Below, piece by piece: positions 25,930 to 34,788 of a stretch of DNA of 53,136 nt; within the stretch, counting starts at the first letter, position 1; the number at the start of each line of letters is the position of its first letter. The DNA lies in the IMG/VR virus record IMGVR_UViG_3300037585_000579, positions 1 to 53,136 of that record; one strand, written 5' to 3'. The DNA comes from a virus (Duplodnaviria > Caudoviricetes). The notes under the pieces were generated by a model. The model saw only the letters and a program-made list of their open reading frames with translations, was not told the origin of the DNA and searched no databases. A program made the position numbers and the translations under genes.

Positions 25930-26847
25930 TTAACCAGCACTACCGTACCAGCCACGCCAATCCGAAACACCGAAGCTATAACGCTCCCGTGCTTTGAACC
26001 GAAGATTGCCAGTATCGAAGTCCGGCTCCATCTTGGTCTGAAGCGGAGTACGAACAAACATCTTCGTGCCGTTCGGAACATCCGTTTTAACAAACCATGC
26101 GTCCGTGTCAGTAAAGCGACGGTTAATGAAGAAACCTTCAGGAACCATGCCCATGTGACGGGTAGCATTGATGGCGTTCGTATTCGGATTAGCCTGTGCA
26201 GCACTCGTCTGAGTGTTACCGGGGCTAGAAAGAACACGATCCGCAACCGCCCAGTAATCAACCGGGATATGTAGCGAAACAGCACTCGCACCAATCAGAA
26301 TACCTCGGTCATCCTTGGTTTTCTGAATAGCAGTAAGTGCAGTCTCAAGAGTTGCTTCTGACAGATCAGCCGCACCAAGAAGGTTAGACTGATTACCGTC
26401 AGAAATCGTCGGGTGAGCAGCAGAGAAGAAAGCAGCACCATCACCAATGGTATCAGCAAAACCATTGTTATAGATGTTAGCAGCTTTTACCTGCTTGGTA
26501 TTTGCCATCGCACGGGCAAGGCCCTTTGCACGAAGTTTGGCAAACGTGTCGTAAAGATTATCTTCCATCGCTTCTTCAGTGACAGCAAAGGCAAGAGCAA
26601 CGGTTTCCGCAGTATAACGGGCCGTATAGCTTTCCTGTGCGTCATCATAAGAAACAGCAGAGCCTTCACCTTTGGTGGGGGCAGTGCCGAAACCAGTGAA
26701 GAGGACTTCTTCTTCAAAGGCACGATCAGAATTTTCTACTTCATAAAGAGGTTCATGCTCATTATTGACCTCTCCATACTCCATTCCGAAAACGGCGTTA
26801 AGACCGGGAAGGAGTTCTTTGCTAATACTAGCTCTATTAATAGCCAT
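25930..26847 (-). CDS. Major capsid protein (Mu gpT-like HK97 fold)
   Basis: KELLPGLNAVFGMEY, SDRAFEEEV and DFDTGNLRFKARERYSFGVSDWRG; strong SD; codon bias distinct from flanks; followed by a hairpin. Confidence 0.9.
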   Translation of the reverse strand: MAINRASISKELLPGLNAVFGMEYGEVNNEHEPLYEVENSDRAFEEEVLFTGFGTAPTKGEGSAVSYDDAQESYTARYTAETVALAFAVTEEAMEDNLYDTFAKLRAKGLARAMANTKQVKAANIYNNGFADTIGDGAAFFSAAHPTISDGNQSNLLGAADLSEATLETALTAIQKTKDDRGILIGASAVSLHIPVDYWAVADRVLSSPGNTQTSAAQANPNTNAINATRHMGMVPEGFFINRRFTDTDAWFVKTDVPNGTKMFVRTPLQTKMEPDFDTGNLRFKARERYSFGVSDWRGWYGSAG

Positions 26848-26862
26848 AATAAATCCTCCCTA

Positions 26863-27477
26863 TTAAGCCGTTGACGCCGTAGCCGTTACATAACGGTCAC
26901 GATGTTGATTGAGCCATACTTCCACAATCGGATAAGCATCGGAATCCTTTTCATCAGGATACTGAGCTTTACCAATAACACGTACAGCAGCAGTAGCTTC
27001 CGTACCGGACGCACCATCAAGGTAGTAACTGGACTGACCCGTGGTCGTGCTACCGGAAGAAGCAGTAGAGCTTACGGTTACATTGTAGTTTTTGACAATA
27101 GCCAACTCAGCCGCCGAAAGCGACAGAGAAGCCTGAATGTAATACGTCTGATCGGGATCAGTGATTACAAAGAATTTAATGTCCGTGGCTGACACTCCAC
27201 CCGGCCAATACCGGGAGAATTTCTGTTCGCCATTTTCAACATACTGACAACCCATGAAAACACCGGAGGATTTCAGGGTAGCAGCAATGTAAGGTGAGAT
27301 CGTTGCAAAGTTTGCACCCGGAAGAACAACCGGATCACCAGTGAAAATGCTATTGGACGGTGACTGCGCCTGACCCGTTGAGGTAAGCGTAATCATGTCC
27401 GTGACGGCTTCGTTATTGTAGCCACCGCCTTTTTTGCGAGCAGGAATGAAACCACGAAATGCTTTAGTAGTAGACAT
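26863..27477 (-). CDS. Capsid decoration/minor capsid protein
   Basis: IFTGDPV, GVFMGCQY and TDPDQTYYIQ motifs; directly upstream of the MCP. Confidence 0.6.
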   Translation of the reverse strand: MSTTKAFRGFIPARKKGGGYNNEAVTDMITLTSTGQAQSPSNSIFTGDPVVLPGANFATISPYIAATLKSSGVFMGCQYVENGEQKFSRYWPGGVSATDIKFFVITDPDQTYYIQASLSLSAAELAIVKNYNVTVSSTASSGSTTTGQSSYYLDGASGTEATAAVRVIGKAQYPDEKDSDAYPIVEVWLNQHRDRYVTATASTA

Positions 27478-27503
27478 GTTTCATCTCCTTAATTATGAGA
27501 AAG

Positions 27504-27992
27504 CTAGTCCTGAAAGGACGGTTGTCTCCCTCTGGTTGTTACTGAACGGCTCGAATTAGTAATAGGCATACGAGAGTCAGAGCTTTTCATCAACTGTGCA
27601 TTAACTGCATCCATCTGATCATTAGCCTTATTCTCGTAAAACTTTCTACGAGCCGTAACTTTTCCAGCAGGCATTTTAACCAAGGCCACGTCCCCACGAC
27701 AAACTGCACCTTGATACCGGCCTTCGTCCCTCACGAAGGATGTTAGAGCCATTTCAGGAACTTCTTCTGGAGAAACAAAAACCCATCCCGCTTGTAGCTT
27801 CTTGCCAACATTTGTGATGTCATCTTTACCTTGAAGGGAGTAACGTATCCAACGTAATGCCATACCTTCGTTATCAAAACGTGCTTGTACGTTTTCTGGA
27901 ATAGTAAGGGCATTAGGCTCTTCAAAGGTCCATTCTTCTTCTCTAGTCGTCTGTTCTCTCAATTGTTCTGTACGTGATTCATTTCGTGTCAT
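27504..27992 (-). CDS. Conserved head-module protein
   Basis: GGAGG SD; LRWIR, AGWVFV and ARRKFY motifs. Confidence 0.65.
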   Translation of the reverse strand: MTRNESRTEQLREQTTREEEWTFEEPNALTIPENVQARFDNEGMALRWIRYSLQGKDDITNVGKKLQAGWVFVSPEEVPEMALTSFVRDEGRYQGAVCRGDVALVKMPAGKVTARRKFYENKANDQMDAVNAQLMKSSDSRMPITNSSRSVTTRGRQPSFQD

Positions 27993-28011
27993 ATTTCTTT
28001 CCTCCACGACT

Positions 28012-28947
28012 CTATGTTACAGCAGTATATTCGCCTTCAGCTTGACTTACTTTAAGCTTTTCGGCGGCATACTGTTCAAGCGGAATATTCCATTTCTGAG
28101 CTAATCTTATATCGTCTTGCGAAAGCTTAACTTTTTTACTAGAACTCGGAGACGAGCGTGAAGCCCCCGATACCACTTGAGCAGGTTTGTTCGTGTTTTC
28201 CTGCACACGTTCCGTAGCTTCTCCAAAATTTTGCGGAAAAGCCCTTTTAATCCTTTTATTGACTTCGTTATAAAAATCATCTTCATTAGGATCATATCCT
28301 TCTTCTTTTAACTCTGCATCTACAGCTAAAGCAGCAGCAGTCATAATTGAATCTTGACCAAACCATTCGTTATCACTTGCCCATTCCCGTGCTTTGGCAG
28401 ACGGTGGTTCTTTTCTGGAAGCTTGCTGTTGAACAACAGGCTCTGGCTGTTGATTAAAATATTGTTTTTTTTGAGAAATATTTTTTAAATCTGCCTGTGC
28501 ATCATTTAAAATTTCTTGAGCTTGCAGCACTTTTTCTTTATCACCATCCTCAAAAGCTTCCATATAAGCAAGTCGAGCTAAATGAACTTTATCATTAAGT
28601 TGTTTCTCAGATATATCCAAACTAGATTTTGATATACGAGTAACTTCCGAAGCTTTAGAAGTCAGTTCTTCCTGAAGTTTTTGATTCTCTTCGGCAAGAC
28701 TTTCAATCTGTTCTTCACGTTCTTTGCGCTGCTTTATAAGCTGTCTAATTCTTTTTTCTGCACCCTTAGTTTCAATTCCATCAAGTTCTTTAGGAGTATC
28801 TTCTTCTAGGTCTTCTCTATTTTCTTCTTTTTCTTCTTTTTCTTCTTCTGGAGAAACCTCTATAAGCTCTTCAGTTTCTTCAATTTCATATTCAATTTCT
28901 TCATTGTCGGTGGAATCAACTGTATCCCATCCATTATCGTTATTCAT
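28012..28947 (-). CDS. Scaffolding protein
   Basis: Acidic N-terminus, coiled coil, AREWASDNEWFG, C-terminal VKLSQDDIRLAQKWNIPLEQYA; between portal and capsid. Confidence 0.7.
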   Translation of the reverse strand: MNNDNGWDTVDSTDNEEIEYEIEETEELIEVSPEEEKEEKEENREDLEEDTPKELDGIETKGAEKRIRQLIKQRKEREEQIESLAEENQKLQEELTSKASEVTRISKSSLDISEKQLNDKVHLARLAYMEAFEDGDKEKVLQAQEILNDAQADLKNISQKKQYFNQQPEPVVQQQASRKEPPSAKAREWASDNEWFGQDSIMTAAALAVDAELKEEGYDPNEDDFYNEVNKRIKRAFPQNFGEATERVQENTNKPAQVVSGASRSSPSSSKKVKLSQDDIRLAQKWNIPLEQYAAEKLKVSQAEGEYTAVT

Positions 28948-28990
28948 AATTACCTCCGTTGTGTACGAAACAAACGCTTTAACGTACTGC

Positions 28991-29004
28991 TATTATAACA
29001 TACT
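28991..29004 (-). promoter_or_regulatory. Late-arm extended -10 promoter motif
   Basis: AGTATGTTATAATA; one of three near-identical copies. Confidence 0.7.
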
Positions 29005-29007
29005 ATT

Positions 29008-29433
29008 TTAATAAGAACCTATTCCAAGGTTAAAAGTTGGATCAAGATCTTTAGGATCTTCTACTTTCATGATAATTTGATCATCAAAGAGAAGGATAAG
29101 TCTTGTTCCTTTGTAAAATAATTTAGTTCCTGCATGCTTACCGTAACATACATAATCACCTACACTACACCAAGCACCGCTTGGAAATTTATCTTTATCC
29201 ATATAAGCCAAGTTTCCCAGAGAAAGTACCTGTGCTACGGTTGTTAAGTAAGACATATCCTCTCTTGTGGAGTCTGGTATAAAAATACCACCCTTAGTTA
29301 CACTTTTTACAGAAATAGGTCTTACTAAGACATGAAATCCCGGTAGATCGGGAAGTGGTGATGGATTAGGCGTTTCTTCTTCTGTGATCCATAAATCATT
29401 TTTTACGGAAGCACCTAAGTTTACCTGTTGCAT
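29008..29433 (-). CDS. groES: Co-chaperonin GroES-like protein
   Basis: PGFHVLVRP, TKGGIFIPD, VGDYVCYGKHAG and LLFDDQI. Confidence 0.85.
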   Translation of the reverse strand: MQQVNLGASVKNDLWITEEETPNPSPLPDLPGFHVLVRPISVKSVTKGGIFIPDSTREDMSYLTTVAQVLSLGNLAYMDKDKFPSGAWCSVGDYVCYGKHAGTKLFYKGTRLILLFDDQIIMKVEDPKDLDPTFNLGIGSY

Positions 29434-29631
29434 TTAATCGTCGTCCTCTCTATATAGTCGATTTTTTAAAATATTTGATAAATTATCTCTTGCCCATTCT
29501 ATACCAGATATGGAGCCTACAATTTGCCGATAATGTGAATAGTCTTCTGCAAGACCCTGTGATAAAGAAAGTCTTAAACGATTCGTTTCTTCACCATACT
29601 CAGCAATAACTTCATCCCATATATCAGGCAC
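29434..29631 (-). CDS. Hypothetical protein
   Basis: Likely GTG start overlapping the upstream TAG; EDYSHYRQIVGSISGI motif. Confidence 0.6.
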   Translation of the reverse strand: MPDIWDEVIAEYGEETNRLRLSLSQGLAEDYSHYRQIVGSISGIEWARDNLSNILKNRLYREDDD

Positions 29632-29795
29632 TACTTTTCTGAACTCTTTTCGTCTGCTTTCCAAGAGTAATCATCCCACTCATTAAGCGCACTGCGAACA
29701 TTACGACCACCCGTAATATCCTGTGCGTATGCATCGCCAAAACTTTTGTTAGTATCCTTTACATGTTCAGGATAACCTTTACCTTTATTCATCAT
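29631..29795 (-). CDS. 54-aa hypothetical protein (not in ORF track)
   Basis: MMNKGKGYPEHVKDTNKSFGDAYAQDITGGRNVRSALNEWDDYSWK...; AGGAG SD in the end of the portal gene. Confidence 0.65.
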   Translation of the reverse strand: MMNKGKGYPEHVKDTNKSFGDAYAQDITGGRNVRSALNEWDDYSWKADEKSSEK

Positions 29796-32394
29796 CGTCT
29801 TCTCCTTCTACTAATTTTGCTAAAAGTGTTTCAGCATGTCTTTGATTTGTGTTTTCTTCTTTTGTATTAAGTTCCATTAATTTCGAAAGGTTCTTCATTT
29901 CAGTTAGTTTAAGTTCTTTTTCAGTAACCTGCTGTTCTTTTAAAACCTTATGTAAAAGTTCTTGAGCTTTCTGGCTGTCCGTAGTTTCACTTTTATTTTG
30001 TTCTAAAAGAAGTTTTGCCAACAGATCAAGAGACTTCATTGTTTCTTTACTAAGCCGGTCTGCTTCAGACTTCTCTCTCTTAAAGTCTATATTAGACATA
30101 TTTTTATTCATGTCAAGTAGCTGAGCATTTTCTTTAAGATCCATTTCTTTTACTTTCAAACTAAACTCGGCATTCTGTACAGCAGCATCTATTTTTATTT
30201 TTTCCTTTTGAAGTTCAACCTTTGTAGTTTCTAAAGCTACTAGCTGTTGTTCAGGAGACTCTACTTTACCCATTGCTTGATTAGCATTAAGTATTTGTTG
30301 TGCAGCTTCTCCCATAATCATTTCTAATGAACTAGGGTTCTGAGCAACTTCTGGTCCCATTTGTTCCATACCTGCTCTAGTTATGCCATTAATCTGTTCT
30401 TGATATTTCATTATAGAATGTTCTTGTATGTTCGATTCCAAGACAGGTTTTAATCTATTCATTATTGGATTGGCACCGTTCATGGGATCTTGCATATAAG
30501 ACATCTTAACTTGAATATGTGCATCATGATTCTGTCCGGGGAATGCGGCAATGGGCATTCCTTTTGTAGCTGCCATAATATCAGAGACAGGATCTAAAGG
30601 CTGCGGTTCCAGTTTTGGTGGTAAGATTTCTTCAAGATTTGGCATGTTAGCTGCATGTAGAATAGTACGGTTTAATGCTTCCAGATTAAACATGCCGGGA
30701 GGAGACTGTTGTGCCATCTGTAATGCCATATTTGCCAGCATCATACGATGAGCATTACTTGGAATATTGGGATCACTGACAGGAATAATATCTATACGGC
30801 CATCAAAGTCCTTTTTAAGGATACTACGACTTTCATAAGGAACATCATATGGATATTCATCAGGAAGGTAATCATAATCAATACGAGCAAGAATCCTGAA
30901 TTCATCTTTCTGAGATTTATGCAGACGTTTATGAATAGCTGAGAAGAACTTACTACTAGCCTCAAGAAGTGCCATAGTAGTCCCAACAGGTCCATAGGAG
31001 GCAGCATCGGAAATAACCTGTTCTGTGCTGTCCGCAAACTTCTGTCCAGCAGTAGCTACAAAATTCAACATCTGGAAGAGAGTTTGGGAAGGCTCTTTAT
31101 AGGGAAGGGGAACAATAGCCTTTGACAAATCTACTCCAATTGCCTCAACCTCCTTGAACTCGCCGGGGGCGATTGGCGCATTATCGCCAACCATCCTTAC
31201 GCCTTTAGCCTTAAACCCTCCCGGTAAATTTGCAAATTGCCCTGCGTCTACTAAAGATCTCATTGCGGCAGTGGCAGTCATAGTCAAATTACCAAGGAAG
31301 TGTATAAGACCTAACCCGTAGAAACCAAAGCCCGGAACGAACTTGTAATGTACAAAATGATTTTGTTTTACTTTCGTTGGGTCGTCCTGTTTGTAATTTC
31401 TACGAATACTTAATACTTGTCGGCTTTTTTCTTCAACCGTAACAATATATGGAAGTGCTTCATCATCGTCTTCCAGATTTAAATAACAATGTTGTTCCAG
31501 CAGGACATACTGAGGATCAGTATCATAGCTGGGAGTCAGTCCTAGAATATTATCCAGCTTCTCAGTAAATGTTGAAACATTAAACTGTGAGGGGGACTCA
31601 ATATCTAAATCTCTATAAACACCAGCAAATATATCTTTTTGAAACTCTACCGGACTTTTATAAATTATATGGGTCGCTCTCTCAGCGCCCCGCAAATCTG
31701 AAGCAAAATAAGAAACATAAAACTGATCAATAGGTATAAATTCTGAAACAGGTCGTTTAAGAACTGAACTATAATAAACCTTTTTAAAAGCAGAACCGAT
31801 TAACGGGAGATGAAACAACATCCTTTCAAACTCATCAAAGTATTCAGGCATCTGTTCCGTAAGTTGATAGTTCATAAAGTTTTGAACACGATTGGCTTGC
31901 TGTTCTTTTTCGGGAGTGCCTTTTCCTAGAACATTAGCTTTGACAGGACCACTGGAAGGAAAGAGTTCGGCTGTGGCCTTTGCTTGAAACTTAACAGCAG
32001 ATTCTATTAAAAGAGGATGTACAGCAGTACAGGCTCCCTGAAAAGGATCACTACCTTCTTCTACTTTTAAACCAAGCAGATCAAAGCCACGTTCAAACAT
32101 GGACTCCCAATCTGCACGGGAATCTTTGTCGGCTGTAAAGTTATCTATAACATCATTACCAATTTCTCTAAGAACATCTTCTTCGACATCCTCTGCAAGA
32201 TTAGCATACCACTCTTCAATTTCTTTATCAGGAGACATCTCAATTTCTTGAGAAAAATCTACCATAACACCACCATCATCAGGATCAATTTCAAAAGTTG
32301 CTCCCATAGAAGCCTGTTGTTCAACATTTGGAAGAGTTACTACATTATCTGTATTATTACCCAGCGCTTCAAAAGGATTTTGTTCAATTGCCAT
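29785..32394 (-). CDS. Portal protein
   Basis: 869 aa; VHPLLIESAVKFQA, GSAFKKVYY, PGFGFYGLGLIH and PYKEPSQTL; C-terminal coiled coil (P22-like barrel). Confidence 0.9.
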   Translation of the reverse strand: MAIEQNPFEALGNNTDNVVTLPNVEQQASMGATFEIDPDDGGVMVDFSQEIEMSPDKEIEEWYANLAEDVEEDVLREIGNDVIDNFTADKDSRADWESMFERGFDLLGLKVEEGSDPFQGACTAVHPLLIESAVKFQAKATAELFPSSGPVKANVLGKGTPEKEQQANRVQNFMNYQLTEQMPEYFDEFERMLFHLPLIGSAFKKVYYSSVLKRPVSEFIPIDQFYVSYFASDLRGAERATHIIYKSPVEFQKDIFAGVYRDLDIESPSQFNVSTFTEKLDNILGLTPSYDTDPQYVLLEQHCYLNLEDDDEALPYIVTVEEKSRQVLSIRRNYKQDDPTKVKQNHFVHYKFVPGFGFYGLGLIHFLGNLTMTATAAMRSLVDAGQFANLPGGFKAKGVRMVGDNAPIAPGEFKEVEAIGVDLSKAIVPLPYKEPSQTLFQMLNFVATAGQKFADSTEQVISDAASYGPVGTTMALLEASSKFFSAIHKRLHKSQKDEFRILARIDYDYLPDEYPYDVPYESRSILKKDFDGRIDIIPVSDPNIPSNAHRMMLANMALQMAQQSPPGMFNLEALNRTILHAANMPNLEEILPPKLEPQPLDPVSDIMAATKGMPIAAFPGQNHDAHIQVKMSYMQDPMNGANPIMNRLKPVLESNIQEHSIMKYQEQINGITRAGMEQMGPEVAQNPSSLEMIMGEAAQQILNANQAMGKVESPEQQLVALETTKVELQKEKIKIDAAVQNAEFSLKVKEMDLKENAQLLDMNKNMSNIDFKREKSEADRLSKETMKSLDLLAKLLLEQNKSETTDSQKAQELLHKVLKEQQVTEKELKLTEMKNLSKLMELNTKEENTNQRHAETLLAKLVEGEDDDE

Positions 32395-32416
32395 TTATTT
32401 AATTTCCTATTTTATT

Positions 32417-34375
32417 TTATAAAGTTGGCGGTATTTCACTAAGCATTATAGCTTCATCTAGTGTAAGAGGTTCTTCAGCTAATGAACTAGAAATAGGATC
32501 ACGTAACATTTCAAGTGTAGGATCAGACCTTGGTGTTCTATAATTTTTAAATGCTGCCTCCGCTGTTGCAACAGGACCGCTTTGTTTATCTTTATCCATA
32601 ACTGTTTGAACAGCTTCTATAAACTCTTCTTCTGTTGTTGCATTTTGAATTGCTAAATAATCTGTTGTAGTAATTGTACTTCCCGGCTGTTGTATCATAT
32701 TTGCTACTGTGTTTAAAGTATTATTTATAATATCTGGAGATATATTAGTAGACCTAGTTAATGTATCAGAAGGAGGTACTGTATTATAAGCATCTAAGCC
32801 CACATTCATCATGGACATAAGTTTATTTGTATCTGCATCTGATAGCGGTCTTTGGCTAGGAACAAGCTGTATTTCAACATCTCTTCTTACATCTTCTGGT
32901 ACAGCAGGATCTAAATAATCTTCTGCAGGAAGGCCACCAATATCTGTTATATTTTCCGGTCCGGTAGTATCAGGCAAGTTAGGATTAAAACTAATTCCCG
33001 GCAGACCAGCGATATTAGGATCAGCCATTGCTATTGCAGGATCATAAAGGGCTGATGCTTCAATCATATTTTCTGGAACTAAGTCGTCAACTGTTGGTTC
33101 AGGTGTATTATAAAAACCCTTTTCATTAAAATACTCTTGATTTGGAATACCAAAAAGTTCTGAAATTCTTTCTGCAATATCTTTGTTTTCTGGAATGACT
33201 GACGTTAAATCGTCTTTAACGTCCTTTAACACTTTCTGAGCAGCATTGGCTGGGTCTTCTATAGGTGTGCCAACAATATTTTCATTTACTTCAGTGATTA
33301 TATCTTTAATAGCGTCCGAACCAAATATGTTACTTATCATCATTGGATTAGACAGACTCATCGCCATCGGAAAGCCCTGTACAATACCCTCCATTGCCTT
33401 CATGTCCATGTAATCTGAAACACGATTTGCATTCATATTTTTATCTAAACCATAAATTCCGGGATCAATATTTTCTTTTTCAAAAATACTTCCAACTGTT
33501 TTTGAAGAGTCTTTTTCAACTTCATCCAAGGCCATCCTTAATTTTCCTGCCTGAGTCCCATCATGAGCCATAAATAAGTCTATATAGTTATTATATTGCT
33601 CTTTGGTCATGCCTTCTGGAGCTTGTACTTCAAAATCTCCTCTAATACCAAGACCCCATGTACGATCAAAACCCCCTCTTTCCAAAGAGGAAATATAACC
33701 AGTGCCATCTCTAATACCATTTTGTTGCATTGTACCAAGGATTTGATTAGAGGACATGCTTTGAGCAGCCCCTCTAATCGCATCGTCATACATTTTTTTA
33801 TATTCAGGATTTGTTTTAGCAGCCAAAAGAACAGGATCTGATAACATCTCCAACGGTCTGAACGGTTCTTTATATTTTTTAGTTGCGGTAAACGGGTCTA
33901 TTGGAGTCTCAGGAACAAATAAACCTCGAGGATCGAACTGTGCCTCACTTGGGTTTGGATTACTGAGCGCATCAAAGCTGGCCTGTTCTACATCCATTTC
34001 ATCTTGCGTTCGAGCGCCACCAAATTCCGCCCAACCTGCTTGTTGCGCAGCGAGGTCAGCTAGGCCTTGGATGTCAATTGCACCATAACCACCAATACTA
34101 TCCTCGTCCTCCCCACCCGGTCCGGGACCGGGGCCACCGGGTACTCCAGAATCACCTATACCTCCACTACCTTCGCCCTTCCCGGCAGCTCCACTACCTT
34201 TGCCCGCCCCGGCAGCCGCTTCCATACCAGCAAACCCGCCCGTGGACTCACCTTCAGCACCCTCACCACTACCGGCACCCTCAAAACAAAAATGTCTCTG
34301 CTCGTAAGGATTTAGACCTAGATAGTCTAGCTGTTCATAAAGATTATGTCTAGATTTTCTATAACAATGTAGCAT
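32417..34375 (-). CDS. Acidic Gly-rich protein, candidate acyltransferase substrate / virion protein
   Basis: ATG 34375 with AAGGA SD overlaps the end of the acyltransferase; short leader ending HFCF, then a Gly-rich segment with two GKG. Confidence 0.7.
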   Translation of the reverse strand: MLHCYRKSRHNLYEQLDYLGLNPYEQRHFCFEGAGSGEGAEGESTGGFAGMEAAAGAGKGSGAAGKGEGSGGIGDSGVPGGPGPGPGGEDEDSIGGYGAIDIQGLADLAAQQAGWAEFGGARTQDEMDVEQASFDALSNPNPSEAQFDPRGLFVPETPIDPFTATKKYKEPFRPLEMLSDPVLLAAKTNPEYKKMYDDAIRGAAQSMSSNQILGTMQQNGIRDGTGYISSLERGGFDRTWGLGIRGDFEVQAPEGMTKEQYNNYIDLFMAHDGTQAGKLRMALDEVEKDSSKTVGSIFEKENIDPGIYGLDKNMNANRVSDYMDMKAMEGIVQGFPMAMSLSNPMMISNIFGSDAIKDIITEVNENIVGTPIEDPANAAQKVLKDVKDDLTSVIPENKDIAERISELFGIPNQEYFNEKGFYNTPEPTVDDLVPENMIEASALYDPAIAMADPNIAGLPGISFNPNLPDTTGPENITDIGGLPAEDYLDPAVPEDVRRDVEIQLVPSQRPLSDADTNKLMSMMNVGLDAYNTVPPSDTLTRSTNISPDIINNTLNTVANMIQQPGSTITTTDYLAIQNATTEEEFIEAVQTVMDKDKQSGPVATAEAAFKNYRTPRSDPTLEMLRDPISSSLAEEPLTLDEAIMLSEIPPTL

Positions 34376-34769
34376 ATTGCAATGTCCTTCTTTTCCCCTT
34401 CTGCCTAAAGTACTGTACTTTTCCCGTAACACCAGCAGATTTAAGTCTATTTATTAACTGTGAGTCTTTACTTCTCATCTCTGCAAATACTCCGCCATAA
34501 GGAGCTATACAGTCTACTATCCAAGGTATAACTCCACTATTCCAATCTTCTGCTTGTAATTTTTTTCTTTGTGATGCATATTCATCAGAAATGTTTTGAG
34601 ATAGAAATGTCCACGTTGCAAAAAATAAAGGAGTTTTCTTATTAGATACAATAACATATTGATTAGATTTTACAGCAGGTAAAATTGTATTTACCATATT
34701 ATATATTGTATATTTTCTGTAGAGCGGTACTGTATTTAAAATATATATTATTCTTTCAAGATCAGTCAT
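34359..34769 (-). CDS. Toxin-activating lysine acyltransferase (HlyC/CyaC/RtxC family)
   Basis: ILPAVKSNQY, PLFFATWTFLS and L.AEDWNSG..WIVDCIAPYG align with HlyC-family motifs. Confidence 0.85.
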   Translation of the reverse strand: MTDLERIIYILNTVPLYRKYTIYNMVNTILPAVKSNQYVIVSNKKTPLFFATWTFLSQNISDEYASQRKKLQAEDWNSGVIPWIVDCIAPYGGVFAEMRSKDSQLINRLKSAGVTGKVQYFRQKGKRRTLQYATLL

Positions 34770-34774
34770 TCTAC

Positions 34775-34788
34775 TATTATAACACACT
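34775..34788 (-). promoter_or_regulatory. Late-arm extended -10 promoter motif (leaderless)
   Basis: AGTGTGTTATAATA; TATAAT ends 7 nt before ATG 34769. Confidence 0.7.

Noticed and set aside
25872-27192. Overlapping alternative ORFs in the capsid and decoration genes
   Set aside because: Shadow ORFs from GC-richer biased codon usage; no SDs or recognisable motifs.
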